This document shows, piece after piece, positions 27,473 through 37,692 of a stretch of 64,000 bases of DNA. Position 1 is the stretch's first letter. Every line of letters begins with the position of its first letter. Under the pieces are notes generated by a model, which did no database searches, had not been told where the DNA came from, and worked only from the letters and a program-made list of their open reading frames with translations. The position numbers and the translations under genes are program-made. Location: positions 1 to 64,000 of the IMG/VR virus record IMGVR_UViG_3300025941_000001; one strand, given 5' to 3'. Origin of the DNA: a virus.

Positions 27473-29033
27473 AGAAGGGGGCGAAGTCGATAAGCAACAG
27501 CTTCGTCGTGCGAGGCGGGACAGGATCATCGGTGTCACGTGTGAGCGTCCACGTGAAGTGGCCCCCAGAGTTGGTTGTGGCCTCGCTGTCGAACGTGCCA
27601 TTGGTCCCGAGAATGGTCGGCGTGATCTGACCCGAGAATGGTTTCACCTTGCTGTAGACAATGCCGGTGCACGCCTTGGTCTCCCCGGTCAGGCCGATTT
27701 GGGTTTCCAATTTCATGCCCATTTTGACGATCACGTCTCGTATCCAAACCGTCGCGGGCTCGCCGCCTACAAGTTGATCGATATGCGGCCCCATGTCCCG
27801 CATAAAGAACGGGGGACACGGGTGAAGCGGATCAGTCGAACCCGAAAAGGTCTGATCATTGCTGATGAACGCCTGATATGCCTGTGCCTCGGTCAGAGTA
27901 CCGAACGTGAGTGAGGCCCGGTCAGTGTGATCGGCTGGGCTGTAGGGCGGCCAAAATTCGCCCTGTTGATTGATGACTTCACTAGTCCGACCGCCGCCGA
28001 ACGTGAGGCCTTTTTGAAACCCGTCCGGAAGGAGCGTGAGAGCATCTTGAAGAGACGAGATAGCGGGGACGATGGTCGGGCAGTCAAACTGATGCGGTCC
28101 GGAAGACGGCGGCGATTGGACAGCGTTGCTATACCATAAAATATAGTTTCCCGAGGTCGGCGGCAATCGGACGGTCGTCTGATCATAAAGAGGGACCAGC
28201 CCACTTGGAAAAGAGATCACGGGCGGAGAGCCATCCGACGAAAGACGAAAGTACACATAGAATGAACTCGCAACCTTCCTGATCCACCAAAGCGGTCCCA
28301 TCTTGATCTTGGTATCGCCGGTCAGGAAGTCGTCTGCACCCTTGACCGGCTTGACGTAGTTGTGTCCGTCCTTCGTTTCCGACAGAAGTGGCGGAGTGAC
28401 CGCATCATCACTGTCGTCGGTCGGATCATAGTCCGCTGGGGTCGTGAACGTCGAAGCTCGTCCAAAATTTACATTAACGGCCTTGGGGTCGTCACACGAC
28501 GGGATACTGAGGATGACTTCCTCATTGCGCACGCGACGGAAGGCAATGTTGTCGCTACGCTGAATTGTCAGGTAGTCAGTACCAGCCTCTTCCTTCGTTT
28601 TCCCGAACGGGACCGAGACGATTTCGTCGTGCGCCTTTCGCGTCGAAGACCTATCGCCAGTGCCGTCACTGATATCGAACTCGCTACTCCCTTGCATATC
28701 CAAAATCCACTCTTCACCACGTTGATCACGCGCGGCCCAGCTATCGACGACTTCGACATCGAGCTTGCCATTCGGTCCTTTGACCCGTTCCATGTGCGAG
28801 CGTTGGGTCGGCGTTGATGGTTTCTTCTCATGGCCGCCGCCCGTGTCGTCAACAATGAACGGCGACGCGCTGGCCGCTTCCAAACTCAGAATAACCTCTT
28901 TGTTGCCCTCGGTGCGAAACGCGATGGCATCGAGAACTTCCAAATCGATATACAGGCTCGGTTTCTCGCCCTTGGCGACCGGCGGGTCGTCCATCGGGAC
29001 ACGAACAATGTGAGTGCGTCGCGTGAAAGCCAT
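27471..29033 (-). CDS. Tail-associated protein with three N-terminal repeats
   Basis: TRRTH..RV..DLEVLD / TQRSH.ERV..DVEVVD / TRKAH.EIV..IQRSD; lower-GC C-terminal half. Confidence 0.7.
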   Translation of the reverse strand: MAFTRRTHIVRVPMDDPPVAKGEKPSLYIDLEVLDAIAFRTEGNKEVILSLEAASASPFIVDDTGGGHEKKPSTPTQRSHMERVKGPNGKLDVEVVDSWAARDQRGEEWILDMQGSSEFDISDGTGDRSSTRKAHDEIVSVPFGKTKEEAGTDYLTIQRSDNIAFRRVRNEEVILSIPSCDDPKAVNVNFGRASTFTTPADYDPTDDSDDAVTPPLLSETKDGHNYVKPVKGADDFLTGDTKIKMGPLWWIRKVASSFYVYFRLSSDGSPPVISFPSGLVPLYDQTTVRLPPTSGNYILWYSNAVQSPPSSGPHQFDCPTIVPAISSLQDALTLLPDGFQKGLTFGGGRTSEVINQQGEFWPPYSPADHTDRASLTFGTLTEAQAYQAFISNDQTFSGSTDPLHPCPPFFMRDMGPHIDQLVGGEPATVWIRDVIVKMGMKLETQIGLTGETKACTGIVYSKVKPFSGQITPTILGTNGTFDSEATTNSGGHFTWTLTRDTDDPVPPRTTKLLLIDFAPF

Positions 29034-29266
29034 TATCGCAACTTTCCGGTGGTCATGTCGAATGCGTCCGAAGCCTTTTCAGTGTGCACGGCGGCCATAT
29101 AGGATGACAGCGACGTGCTATAGCTCCACGCAAACGTCTTGTTGCCGCCGACGAGGCCGACAGACAGACGCGCGGGCGCGACGCCCGCCGTGCCCGGTTG
29201 AAAGAACTGCTTGGCGGTGACGCCCTCGCCCGCGAATGGGCGAATGATGCCCTCAAGGCCTGCCAT
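29033..29266 (-). CDS. Small tail protein
   Basis: GGAG RBS; MAGLEGIIRPF. Confidence 0.65.
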   Translation of the reverse strand: MAGLEGIIRPFAGEGVTAKQFFQPGTAGVAPARLSVGLVGGNKTFAWSYSTSLSSYMAAVHTEKASDAFDMTTGKLR

Positions 29267-29277
29267 GGTCTTCTCCG

Positions 29278-31830
29278 TTAGTTGTTTGAAGGTGCCGCGA
29301 GATCGATGCCGAGCGGCAGATGCATCGTGGATACGACGAGCGAATACGAACCGTTGAATGGCCCGTTGCCCGCGCACGGCTTCAAGACAGCCGTCGCCGA
29401 GATCGGATTGGCCGCCATGACCGCCGGGGTCGTTTGGTTCACAAGCGCAAGCTGGGCCTTCTCCAGCGTCCATGCAACATCCGGCGGCACTCCCGACTGT
29501 TGAATGCTGCCGTTGCCGCCGATGGAGCTACCGACCGATTGGAGATACTGCAACTGGACTTGCACGGCGAAACTGCTCTGGATTTTCGCTTTCTGTTCGG
29601 CGACCGTGCCCGTTTGAATGAACCCGTTCGTGATCTGCCTCCACGAGAGCGGGAAGCTGAGACCGTCGTCGAACGCGCTGTAGAGCGGGAGCGAATAGGT
29701 GAGATCGTTGCTGCCGTGCGCGACCATCTGTCCGATATAGCGCTGATAGTCGCTGCCGGTGTAGTCGGCGACACAATACTCCGGCGTCCCCTCGACCGGG
29801 TCAACATTATCCCCGAGGCCGACCGCAACGCCGATCTCGACCTTGCCGATGATCTTTCCGTCACCGCCCGCGATGAGCGAATACGAAATGATCTTGCCCG
29901 TGGCGGTGCCGCCGGGCAAGCGCTGATCGTTGAGCGTCGCGTTCTTGCGACACGAGAGACCGACCGCCTGTTCGAACGGGCAACTCCAACCAATCGTGAC
30001 AGCCCGAGCGCGGTAGCGCAGCCGGGCACGTGCCTTGCTGATGAGGTACTCAATCGAGCGCAGGCCCCGGGGCGTCGGAAAGAACGAGCGCGCCCGAACG
30101 TCATCGGCGGTGCCGCCAGCCGGAATAGACAGGCCCGGAGGATTGGGGCCGAGCACGGTCCATACCACGGACCCGTCGCTGATGTGCGAGCCGACGCTCG
30201 TCGAGAACGCGGGCGCGCGGATCAGCGCGACCTTACGCGGAGCCGGAGGTGCTTCAACGTTCGTCGTAGCCGGAGGCGTATACGTGATGACCTCGTAGGT
30301 ATCGTTCGTTCGGCCTTGTTGCGTGCAGATGTAGTAACTGACTTGCGTCGGCACGGGCTCGAAGTCGCCGATGTTGTCGTTGAAGACTTGGTTTTGCATG
30401 AGCACGATCTGCCCGAGCGGAATGGCCGACGCTGCCGACCAGCGCGGCGCAATCGTCGGCAAGCTCGTGCCCAAGCTGGCCCAATGCACGGTGCCGTCAA
30501 TCGTAACTGTGCCCGGGATGTCGCTGAATACCGGCTCGGTCGCGCCCGCCGTCCCTGCCTGAACGCAAATCTGGAAAGCCAAACCGCCCGGCGTCGTCGG
30601 GTTGTTCGGCGTGATGATCTGGGTCAGGCCGACCGGCTGGCTCGCGAAGTTCGTCCACGCCGAGATTTCGAGAAGAGGTTGCCCCACTTCCACGGCTTGG
30701 ATGGAGAGCAACTCGGTGTTCTGACTGACGGTCGGAGCCGCGAGGACCGACTGAGTATTCGCGATGAGATCGAACGCTAGCAACTCGGTGAAGTCGCGCT
30801 CGGCGTCGAAGCGGATTGTCATGTCCATGCTGACCGACCAAAGCGGCACAACGATGCCGCTGCTCGTCAGCGTCATCGGAATGTTCTGCGGCGGGTCGGA
30901 AGTCGGGAAGCAAAGCCCGCTCTGGAAATACCCGGCGAGCGCAACCGTCATCGGGTTCGGCGACATGAGCGCCGGGCCGCTGGAGTTGGTCGTCGCGGAC
31001 GAGTTCGAACACTGGCCCGGGTTCGGGTCGGTGTTCGTCCACGAGTAGCTATACGACGCGGTCGGGGTTTGCGTGACGAAGAACACGTCGGTCGTGAAGC
31101 TCGACTGGCACTTGTAGCCCGCGCCGATGCTCGTGCCCGGCTTTGGCCAATCGCTGAGCAGGCTGTCGCCCGTATAGCTCTGCATGTTGAGCGTCGGGAC
31201 TTCAAACGTCCCGGACGAGCGCTGGGTCCAGTGCGCGCCGGTCTCGACGCGGACGTTCGTCAGCGGCGGTTGTCCGAGATTGAGCGAGACGCTTTCGTAG
31301 AGCGCGTCCAGCACATCGAATACGACGGTGCCGTCTTCGCCGTTGAGCACATCCGACGCGGTGATGTCCAGCGTCGTGCGGTCAATATGCCAGAGCGCCG
31401 ACCAGCCTTCGAGAACCGTGTCCGGATCATCGCGCTTGGTCGCGTCGATCCAGAGCGGATCATAATAGGGCGCAGTCTTCATGGTTTCGGCGAGCCGCTG
31501 CTTGTTCGCGATGAACTGCGGCGAGCGCGCAACGAGTTGGATACTGACCTTCTCCCGGAACAGGTTCGTCGGCACGCCGACGAGGATGCCGAAGAAGAGC
31601 GGGACCAAGGTGCCGTTGTTGTCCCACGCAAGCCATGCCCACACATTGCGGCCGGGATTGAGCAGGCCGATGCGCGGGTTCCTGATGACCATGTCCAGCG
31701 ACGGGACTTGACCTTCCTCGTGCTTCAATTCGAACGAGACGATGTCCTCGTCGAACACGTTCATCGTGCTCGGGTTGAACGTCGTCGCGTTCTCAGGGAC
31801 CCACGCGAAGGTGAATGGGAGATTGGACAT
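29278..31830 (-). CDS. Tail tip / baseplate hub protein
   Basis: 850 aa, second gene after TMP; contains DGTVHW/DGSVVW insert modules. Confidence 0.8.
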   Translation of the reverse strand: MSNLPFTFAWVPENATTFNPSTMNVFDEDIVSFELKHEEGQVPSLDMVIRNPRIGLLNPGRNVWAWLAWDNNGTLVPLFFGILVGVPTNLFREKVSIQLVARSPQFIANKQRLAETMKTAPYYDPLWIDATKRDDPDTVLEGWSALWHIDRTTLDITASDVLNGEDGTVVFDVLDALYESVSLNLGQPPLTNVRVETGAHWTQRSSGTFEVPTLNMQSYTGDSLLSDWPKPGTSIGAGYKCQSSFTTDVFFVTQTPTASYSYSWTNTDPNPGQCSNSSATTNSSGPALMSPNPMTVALAGYFQSGLCFPTSDPPQNIPMTLTSSGIVVPLWSVSMDMTIRFDAERDFTELLAFDLIANTQSVLAAPTVSQNTELLSIQAVEVGQPLLEISAWTNFASQPVGLTQIITPNNPTTPGGLAFQICVQAGTAGATEPVFSDIPGTVTIDGTVHWASLGTSLPTIAPRWSAASAIPLGQIVLMQNQVFNDNIGDFEPVPTQVSYYICTQQGRTNDTYEVITYTPPATTNVEAPPAPRKVALIRAPAFSTSVGSHISDGSVVWTVLGPNPPGLSIPAGGTADDVRARSFFPTPRGLRSIEYLISKARARLRYRARAVTIGWSCPFEQAVGLSCRKNATLNDQRLPGGTATGKIISYSLIAGGDGKIIGKVEIGVAVGLGDNVDPVEGTPEYCVADYTGSDYQRYIGQMVAHGSNDLTYSLPLYSAFDDGLSFPLSWRQITNGFIQTGTVAEQKAKIQSSFAVQVQLQYLQSVGSSIGGNGSIQQSGVPPDVAWTLEKAQLALVNQTTPAVMAANPISATAVLKPCAGNGPFNGSYSLVVSTMHLPLGIDLAAPSNN

Positions 31831-32300
31831 TAGATTTCCTCGGCGTCAAGCGTCCAGCCAATGACGTTCTTCCATTCGTCGAAATGCTGTTCGTGTGTGA
31901 CGACACGCATCTCAAGAACCGGCCGGTAGAACGTATAGCCGCCCTCGACGTACTGAGAGCCGGAGACGGGGTTGCGTCCGTGCGGACCATTGCCGCCGGA
32001 CGTGAGGTAGCAGAACACGAGCGCGCACTCGACGGTGATGTGCATGCCGGGCCAAACGTTGTCGAGCGGCGGGGCGGTCGAGTTGTCCGGCGCGCTGATC
32101 TTCGTAGAATACTTTCGGAACTGCGGAGCCGACAGGTCAATGAGCGTGCCGTTGATCGTGCGCTCCAATTGCGACGCCGCGCCGATCACTTCGGCGGTCT
32201 GCGACAACCCGCGCGCCTGATAGAGCATGTTGCCAAAGCTGGAGATCGTCAACAGCGTGTCGCTGTCAGCCGGGAGAATGTTATGGAATTGCGCTGGCAT
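31830..32300 (-). CDS. Distal tail (Dit-like) protein
   Basis: Follows TMP; RTINGTLIDLS...W.L..EEI. Confidence 0.75.
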   Translation of the reverse strand: MPAQFHNILPADSDTLLTISSFGNMLYQARGLSQTAEVIGAASQLERTINGTLIDLSAPQFRKYSTKISAPDNSTAPPLDNVWPGMHITVECALVFCYLTSGGNGPHGRNPVSGSQYVEGGYTFYRPVLEMRVVTHEQHFDEWKNVIGWTLDAEEI

Positions 32301-32301
32301 G

Positions 32302-34596
32302 TTACCCTACCCATGAAGGCTTGGAGCCTGCGGCCGAAGTCTGGCGCGAGACTGCATAGTTGGCGAGGTCGTCAATCGTGCTCTTCGGCCCACGCAAACC
32401 ATTGAAGGTGCGCTCGCCGATTGTCAGGTTAAGCGTGCTCGTCGGCCCGTTGCTCAGGCCGCCCGTGAGGCGCGACGGCGCAGCGACGCCGCCGCCCTGC
32501 GCGAAGCCGGGAAGCTGCATGTTGTTCAAGGCATGGAACAGCCCGGTGCCGTACTGTTGGACCGCCGCCGCCTTGATGACGAACTCGCCGCGCGACAGAC
32601 GCGCGAGAATGCTGTCGCTCGTGGTCGTGCCCGGCCCGTCGATGGGACCGCCGGTCGCATGCCCCTTGACATCGCCGCCTTCGCTGGGCGTGTTCGCCTG
32701 CCCGCTGCTCGGCAGTTTGATCGCGGTCGCGCGATCAATTGCCGCGAGGCCCTTGATGATCTGCCCGATGATCTCGACCACGGTGGTCAGGAATTTGATG
32801 ATCGCGTTGTCCTTGACCTTCTCCCACGCCTTACCCGCGATATCGACGATCTTTTCCCAGTTGGCGCGAAGAAGACCGACAGCGGTGATGACGAGACCGA
32901 CAGCCACAACCATAACGCCGATTGGCCCGGTCGCGAGAGTGATGGCGACGCCAATGCCGATGATGATGCCCTTGAGGATCGTAGCCTGCTCTACGACGCC
33001 GCCGCCGAACAGCTTCGCGAACCACGTCGCGGTATCTGCCAATGCCTTGACAGCCGCAGACAGTCCGGCTCCGAGGGCCGAGAGGCCGTCGATGAAGCCG
33101 TGAAGCAACCCGGTGTTACTCTCTATGCTATCGCGGAGCCCGTTCAAGAACACGGTGAATGCGGGGGCGATAGCGAGCGCGAACCTCTGCGACAGGATGC
33201 TTATGGTCAAGTTGAGATTGGCCAGCGCGCCCCGGAAATGTTCTAGGTCATCGCGGGCTTTCTTGGTATCGAGTTCTTTGGTCGCGGCGTTGAGGTGCTC
33301 CAGCGCCCCGGTGTTGTGCTCCAACACGTGCAGAATTTCAGATGCCGAAGCTCCGAGCGCCTGCATCGACGTGCCAGCGAGACGATTGACGATGGCCAAT
33401 CGCTGTTGCCGAGTGATCAGGTGGTCGGTGTCCGCCGCAAAAGTGCGGCTCAGTTGGATGAGCGTCTCGTACCCAAGCTTGTCTGGGTTCTTGTTGCCCT
33501 CTTTTGCCTGAGCGATGATCGCGTTGGTCAAGTGCTGGACGGAAACCTCAGCCAGATTGACAGACTTGGCGGCCTCCTTGTTGCCCGCGACGATACCATC
33601 AAGCGCATCACGGATGCTGGCAATATTGGAAAGAGCGACCTTCTCCGCCCTTTGCTCCGCCTCAGCGCGTTGAATGATCGCTTCCTTGACGGCGTTCTGA
33701 TCTTTGATACGCTGCTCGATGTCTTCGCGCGCATTCTTCGCGGCGCGACGAGCGAGGTCCTCCACGTCTTGTTCAAGCTGACGCTGCTTGAGTGAAGCCT
33801 GCGCGGCCTTCTCTTGCTGGGCCAGACGAGCGTCGGCCTCGGCCTTGCGCGCGGTATCGACCGCTTGCTGGGCCTGAGCGATGGCGAGACTTTCCTTCTC
33901 GGAAGCCGAGGGAGGCGTGCCCTTGGCAGTGGCGAGAGCCTGCACGGCAGACAACACGCCCAACTCCGCGCCGCGCACGGACTGGGCCGCGCCGAGTTGT
34001 TCGGACGCGGCGTGCTGGGCGGCGAAGGTCAGCTTGATGTACGCGGCTTCGAGCGCGTTGCTGTCGCGCGACATCTGCGCGAAACGTTCGGACGAGTTCT
34101 CGCTCAGGGCGGTTTGCGCCTCGCGCACACGCTGGATAGCGGTCGAGACGCGCAGCGTCGCCGCGTCATTCTCGGTCGCGTAGGTCTTGATGCTCTCGGC
34201 GATCTGTGGCCACTCACGCGCGATGGTGATCGTGAGACGATTGGCGAACCGCTCAAACTGCTCGACCTTGACGCCTGCGCCTGCGAACGTGGCTTCGATA
34301 TCTTGAAGCTGGCCAGCGGTCACGCCGAATGCGTCGGCGAGCAACGCGGTCTTCTGGGTCAATTCGGTTTGCTCTTCGATGAACTGGGTCGTCGCGGCGG
34401 TCACGCCAGAGATGACTTTCTCCAGCCCACTAAGAGCAAGTCCGGCGAGCGCGAACGAGGTCGCGCCCTTCTCGAATGCCGAGGTGAGCTTCTCAAAGCT
34501 CTCAGCGCCTTCCTCGCCAATCTTCTTGATCGACGAGATGAACTCGGTGTCGCCTTTGAGCAGAATTTCTGCGATAAGTGGATCAAGCTCAGCCAT
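32302..34596 (-). CDS. Tape measure protein
   Basis: Ala-rich helical; C-terminal ATGG.IDGPGTTTSDSILARLSRGEFVIKAAAV. Confidence 0.92.
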   Translation of the reverse strand: MAELDPLIAEILLKGDTEFISSIKKIGEEGAESFEKLTSAFEKGATSFALAGLALSGLEKVISGVTAATTQFIEEQTELTQKTALLADAFGVTAGQLQDIEATFAGAGVKVEQFERFANRLTITIAREWPQIAESIKTYATENDAATLRVSTAIQRVREAQTALSENSSERFAQMSRDSNALEAAYIKLTFAAQHAASEQLGAAQSVRGAELGVLSAVQALATAKGTPPSASEKESLAIAQAQQAVDTARKAEADARLAQQEKAAQASLKQRQLEQDVEDLARRAAKNAREDIEQRIKDQNAVKEAIIQRAEAEQRAEKVALSNIASIRDALDGIVAGNKEAAKSVNLAEVSVQHLTNAIIAQAKEGNKNPDKLGYETLIQLSRTFAADTDHLITRQQRLAIVNRLAGTSMQALGASASEILHVLEHNTGALEHLNAATKELDTKKARDDLEHFRGALANLNLTISILSQRFALAIAPAFTVFLNGLRDSIESNTGLLHGFIDGLSALGAGLSAAVKALADTATWFAKLFGGGVVEQATILKGIIIGIGVAITLATGPIGVMVVAVGLVITAVGLLRANWEKIVDIAGKAWEKVKDNAIIKFLTTVVEIIGQIIKGLAAIDRATAIKLPSSGQANTPSEGGDVKGHATGGPIDGPGTTTSDSILARLSRGEFVIKAAAVQQYGTGLFHALNNMQLPGFAQGGGVAAPSRLTGGLSNGPTSTLNLTIGERTFNGLRGPKSTIDDLANYAVSRQTSAAGSKPSWVG

Positions 34597-35122
34597 TGCC
34601 GCCGCCCTTCAACTGCGCGTTCAAGATGTCCGGAAATTCCTCCATCACTCGCTTCTCGATTTCCGCGATGTGGAATTTCTTCGGAATGTTCACGCTGGGG
34701 ACGCCGAAGTATTTCGGTGCGCGATCTTTGATGGCAAACAAGAGCGGAGGTCCGCCCGCGTGCCGGTTGACAGAGAACAGTTTGTCGCCGTAGTCCTTCG
34801 GCTCGATGCCGACTGCATCGGTGCCGCTGATCGGAAGCCATAGGAGGGGCTTGCCGTGGATGGTGCCGCCGCTTTCGAAGATGTCCGCGCCGGGCGCATC
34901 GATCTTGGTCGTGATCGTGTGATCGCTGACCGTGACGCTCAAGCTGTTGAGGTACTGAGACCCGAAGTTGCCAGCGCCCGCGATGTCCGCCGAAATCTGT
35001 TGTTTCAGCATGGACGCGATCATGTTCTCCGCAGTCTTGAGCGCCGCGCTATACTTCTCGGCAGTCTCGTTGAGCCCCTTCTTGAACTCTTCGGTGTTGA
35101 TGCGGAATGAAAGCTCCACCAC
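34589..35122 (-). CDS. Putative tail completion/neck protein
   Basis: ADIFESGGTI.GKPLLWLP; position within the tail block. Confidence 0.6.
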   Translation of the reverse strand: MVELSFRINTEEFKKGLNETAEKYSAALKTAENMIASMLKQQISADIAGAGNFGSQYLNSLSVTVSDHTITTKIDAPGADIFESGGTIHGKPLLWLPISGTDAVGIEPKDYGDKLFSVNRHAGGPPLLFAIKDRAPKYFGVPSVNIPKKFHIAEIEKRVMEEFPDILNAQLKGGGNG

Positions 35123-35125
35123 GGT

Positions 35126-35760
35126 TCACAATTCCTTGTCCCATGTATCGAACTGTTTCTTGAGCGCCTTGTCATCCCCGCTGCTACCGAGGTTGAGCAG
35201 GCCGAGCATGTAGTAGAGATCTCGGAGCGCTCGCTTCTCAGCGAGGAAGGCATACGCCGCCATCTGTCGCGGCGTGTAGCCCCAGACTACGGCTGGGGGG
35301 TGACCGGCGGCGATGAGGGCCTCGATGTTTGCTGCAATTTCATATCCGGCACCTTTGAAGAGAGGTCGGAGTTTGCTGCGTTGGCGAGGGTCATAATCCT
35401 CTGGGCGAAAGGGGCGAAGCCTTTCGTGAAGGTCATACCTCCCACGGCTTCGAGAAGGTCCATCTGGTATTCGAACCCGATCTCGCTCGCGCGCTCTTCG
35501 GCTTCCTTATCGCCGAGTTGCCCGACCGCTGCCGCGATGATCGCGGCGACGGCGTCGGGGGCGACGGTGATGAATACGCCGAGGTCGAACTTTTCCCCGG
35601 TGACCATGCCCAAAATCTTCGGGAAGCGCTTGATGATTTCGAGGCCGGTCTTGGCACTGATGCCTTGAACGGTGAGGTAACTGTCCCCGACCGGGATATC
35701 CTTGGACATCGGGACGAGGTCGGTCAGGTTGAGACCGGGCTTCTTCTTGCTCATGATCAT
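35126..35760 (-). CDS. Tail assembly chaperone (35287-35760) with -1 frameshift extension to 35126
   Basis: Open -1 frame ...IEALIAAGHPPAVVWGYTPRQMAAY...KQFDTWDKEL*; candidate slip sites GCA-AAC or TCA-AAG at ~35353-35376. Confidence 0.75.
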
Positions 35761-35799
35761 TTCCTTGTATCAGCGGGGGAGACTGATGCGGTACGCTTA

Positions 35800-36054
35800 T
35801 CAGACGGTCCGAGGGTGCGGGGGCGGCCCGGCGGCGACGCCGCGCAGGGCGTTCGGATTGGTGACAGCGGCCTCGTCGTCGAACTCTTCTGCGGCGGCCT
35901 CGGGGGCGTCCTGCGGGGCCTCTGGAGCGGGGTCTTCCTCCGGGGCGACTTCCGGTGCCTTTTCCTGCGGCTCGCTCTGGACGCCTGCGCCAGCGTCGGC
36001 GGGGGCGGTTTCAGGGGCGATATCTTCCGGGGGCATTTCGGGGGCGTCGGTCAT
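35800..36054 (-). CDS. Acidic Pro/Ala/Glu-rich hypothetical protein
   Basis: AAAGGA RBS; low complexity. Confidence 0.6.
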   Translation of the reverse strand: MTDAPEMPPEDIAPETAPADAGAGVQSEPQEKAPEVAPEEDPAPEAPQDAPEAAAEEFDDEAAVTNPNALRGVAAGPPPHPRTV

Positions 36055-36188
36055 GGGGGGTATCCTTTTTCAGGGGGCGGGTTTATCCGTGATAGGTTTT
36101 CACGGTGCGGAACGGTATTTCACGTTCCCGGGGGACAAAACCATAAGGCCGGGGCCTGATCTCCCGGGCGGGAAATCAGGCCAGAGGC

Positions 36189-36758
36189 TTAGAAGGCAAC
36201 CGAGGGCGAGTTCGGCAGCGAGACGGTCGCCGTGCCGAAGGTTCCGGCCGCTTGGTCGAACAGAACGTCACCTTCGAGTTCGATGACGCCCCACGTGTTG
36301 GCGATCAGGCCGAGGGCCTTCGAGGGCGACAGCTTGACGAGCGGGAACTCCACGGTCCAGATGGGGCCGATGTCGTTGGTGCCGACGAACTTGACCGCCC
36401 CGTAAATGACCGGGTTGGAGAAGATGTCGATCACGTCCGGGGTCGGAGACGGCCCGCCGGTCGGAAGACCGAGCAGCGCGAAGCCCATGTTGCGCGCGGT
36501 CATCTCTTCGAGTTGCATGTTGAGCGTACCAGCGAGTTCGATGACGGCGGTGAAGTCCTTCACGCGCACGCCGGTCCGGCTGGAGAAGTGGTCGAGTTGC
36601 GTGACCTTCGCCAAGAACTCAAACTGCGGGACGTTGCCGCAATCGACGAAGGCGGTCTCGCCGAGCAACTTGATGCTGACGATGCCCTTGCCGATGTAAT
36701 AGTTGCCGATGTTCGGGCTAACAAGGGAGCCGGGGATGTGTTCGTTTCCAATGGGCAT
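36189..36758 (-). CDS. Major tail (tube) protein
   Basis: NYYIGKG...GNVPQFEF...LDHFSSR.G.R.KD...L.E.T..N. Confidence 0.88.
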   Translation of the reverse strand: MPIGNEHIPGSLVSPNIGNYYIGKGIVSIKLLGETAFVDCGNVPQFEFLAKVTQLDHFSSRTGVRVKDFTAVIELAGTLNMQLEEMTARNMGFALLGLPTGGPSPTPDVIDIFSNPVIYGAVKFVGTNDIGPIWTVEFPLVKLSPSKALGLIANTWGVIELEGDVLFDQAAGTFGTATVSLPNSPSVAF

Positions 36759-36769
36759 GGTTCTCTCCG

Positions 36770-37276
36770 TTAGGCATTCACGAGTTCATCGGGTATAAAC
36801 GGATAGCCGAACGTGATCGACAAACCCATCTGCCCTTTCATCTGGCGATTGCGCGCCAAGTCGGTGTAGCAACCGTCGAAAACAATTGACCCTGCGGAGC
36901 CGGTGAAGGTCGCGAGGTCCGGATCATGAAGGATCAAATTCAAGATCGCTGCACGAGCCAAATTCAAATCTTCTCCTACGTTCGTGTTCTGCGGCTTGCG
37001 CACATCGAGCACGACGTAAATCTCTGGCGTCATCTTCATCATGCCGGGTCCGGAGCGTTCGCTTCGTCCCGACATCTGGGGGAAGCGTGGGTCCTTGACT
37101 TCGTCGGCATCCAAGAGGATGATACCCGGAACCTTCTCTTTCGGAAGCTCATCGCGATTGTGCACGATGTTGCCCGCCGCGATATGGGTCCCGTCCGTAA
37201 GCGTAACGTCGAGGTTCGACAAAATCTCGAAGAGCCTCGCCAAGATCAGTGCTCGCCTATCCGCCTTTGCCGTCAT
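36770..37276 (-). CDS. Tail terminator protein
   Basis: R..IL..L...P.IILLD.DE; position upstream of tube gene. Confidence 0.7.
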   Translation of the reverse strand: MTAKADRRALILARLFEILSNLDVTLTDGTHIAAGNIVHNRDELPKEKVPGIILLDADEVKDPRFPQMSGRSERSGPGMMKMTPEIYVVLDVRKPQNTNVGEDLNLARAAILNLILHDPDLATFTGSAGSIVFDGCYTDLARNRQMKGQMGLSITFGYPFIPDELVNA

Positions 37277-37650
37277 TGACGCACCGTAAATTCCCAGAGT
37301 GCCGTTATCCCGGCGGGCGCAGTCTTCTTCGGCTTGCACGTCATCGGCAAGATTTCGTCGATCACTGGCGGGTCCGCTGGGGGTTGAACGAACGTCACCA
37401 ATTGATCCTGCTCGTTGTCAGGCGGCATCAGTTGCACTTCCGAGTTTTTCGCCGACATGATGACCTTGCGGTCGGTCGGGTTGGCGAGATCGGAAGGCTT
37501 CTCACGCGGGATGTACTCGATGATGACAACCCGACATGGGCGGTCCTCGGGGCTACTTCCTGCGCGACGGAGTACGGCGTCCATACCAAAGAAAGTGATA
37601 AGTTCGTCCGCGTCCGTAATCGCCTGATCATAGTCAAATTTCGTGGCCAT
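37273..37650 (-). CDS. Head-closure (stopper) protein
   Basis: A.ELI.FFG....LRR...DRKVI...PAG...LWE..VR. Confidence 0.75.
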   Translation of the reverse strand: MATKFDYDQAITDADELITFFGMDAVLRRAGSSPEDRPCRVVIIEYIPREKPSDLANPTDRKVIMSAKNSEVQLMPPDNEQDQLVTFVQPPADPPVIDEILPMTCKPKKTAPAGITALWEFTVRQ

Positions 37651-37684
37651 TCTATGTGATCCTATGGTGCCGAACAACTAGCAA
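37649..37684 (-). promoter_or_regulatory. CTAG-box late promoter candidate
   Basis: TTGCTAG-TTGTTC-N17-TAGAAT (the -10 overlaps the start codon at 37650). Confidence 0.45.
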
Positions 37685-37692
37685 CTTCGGGC

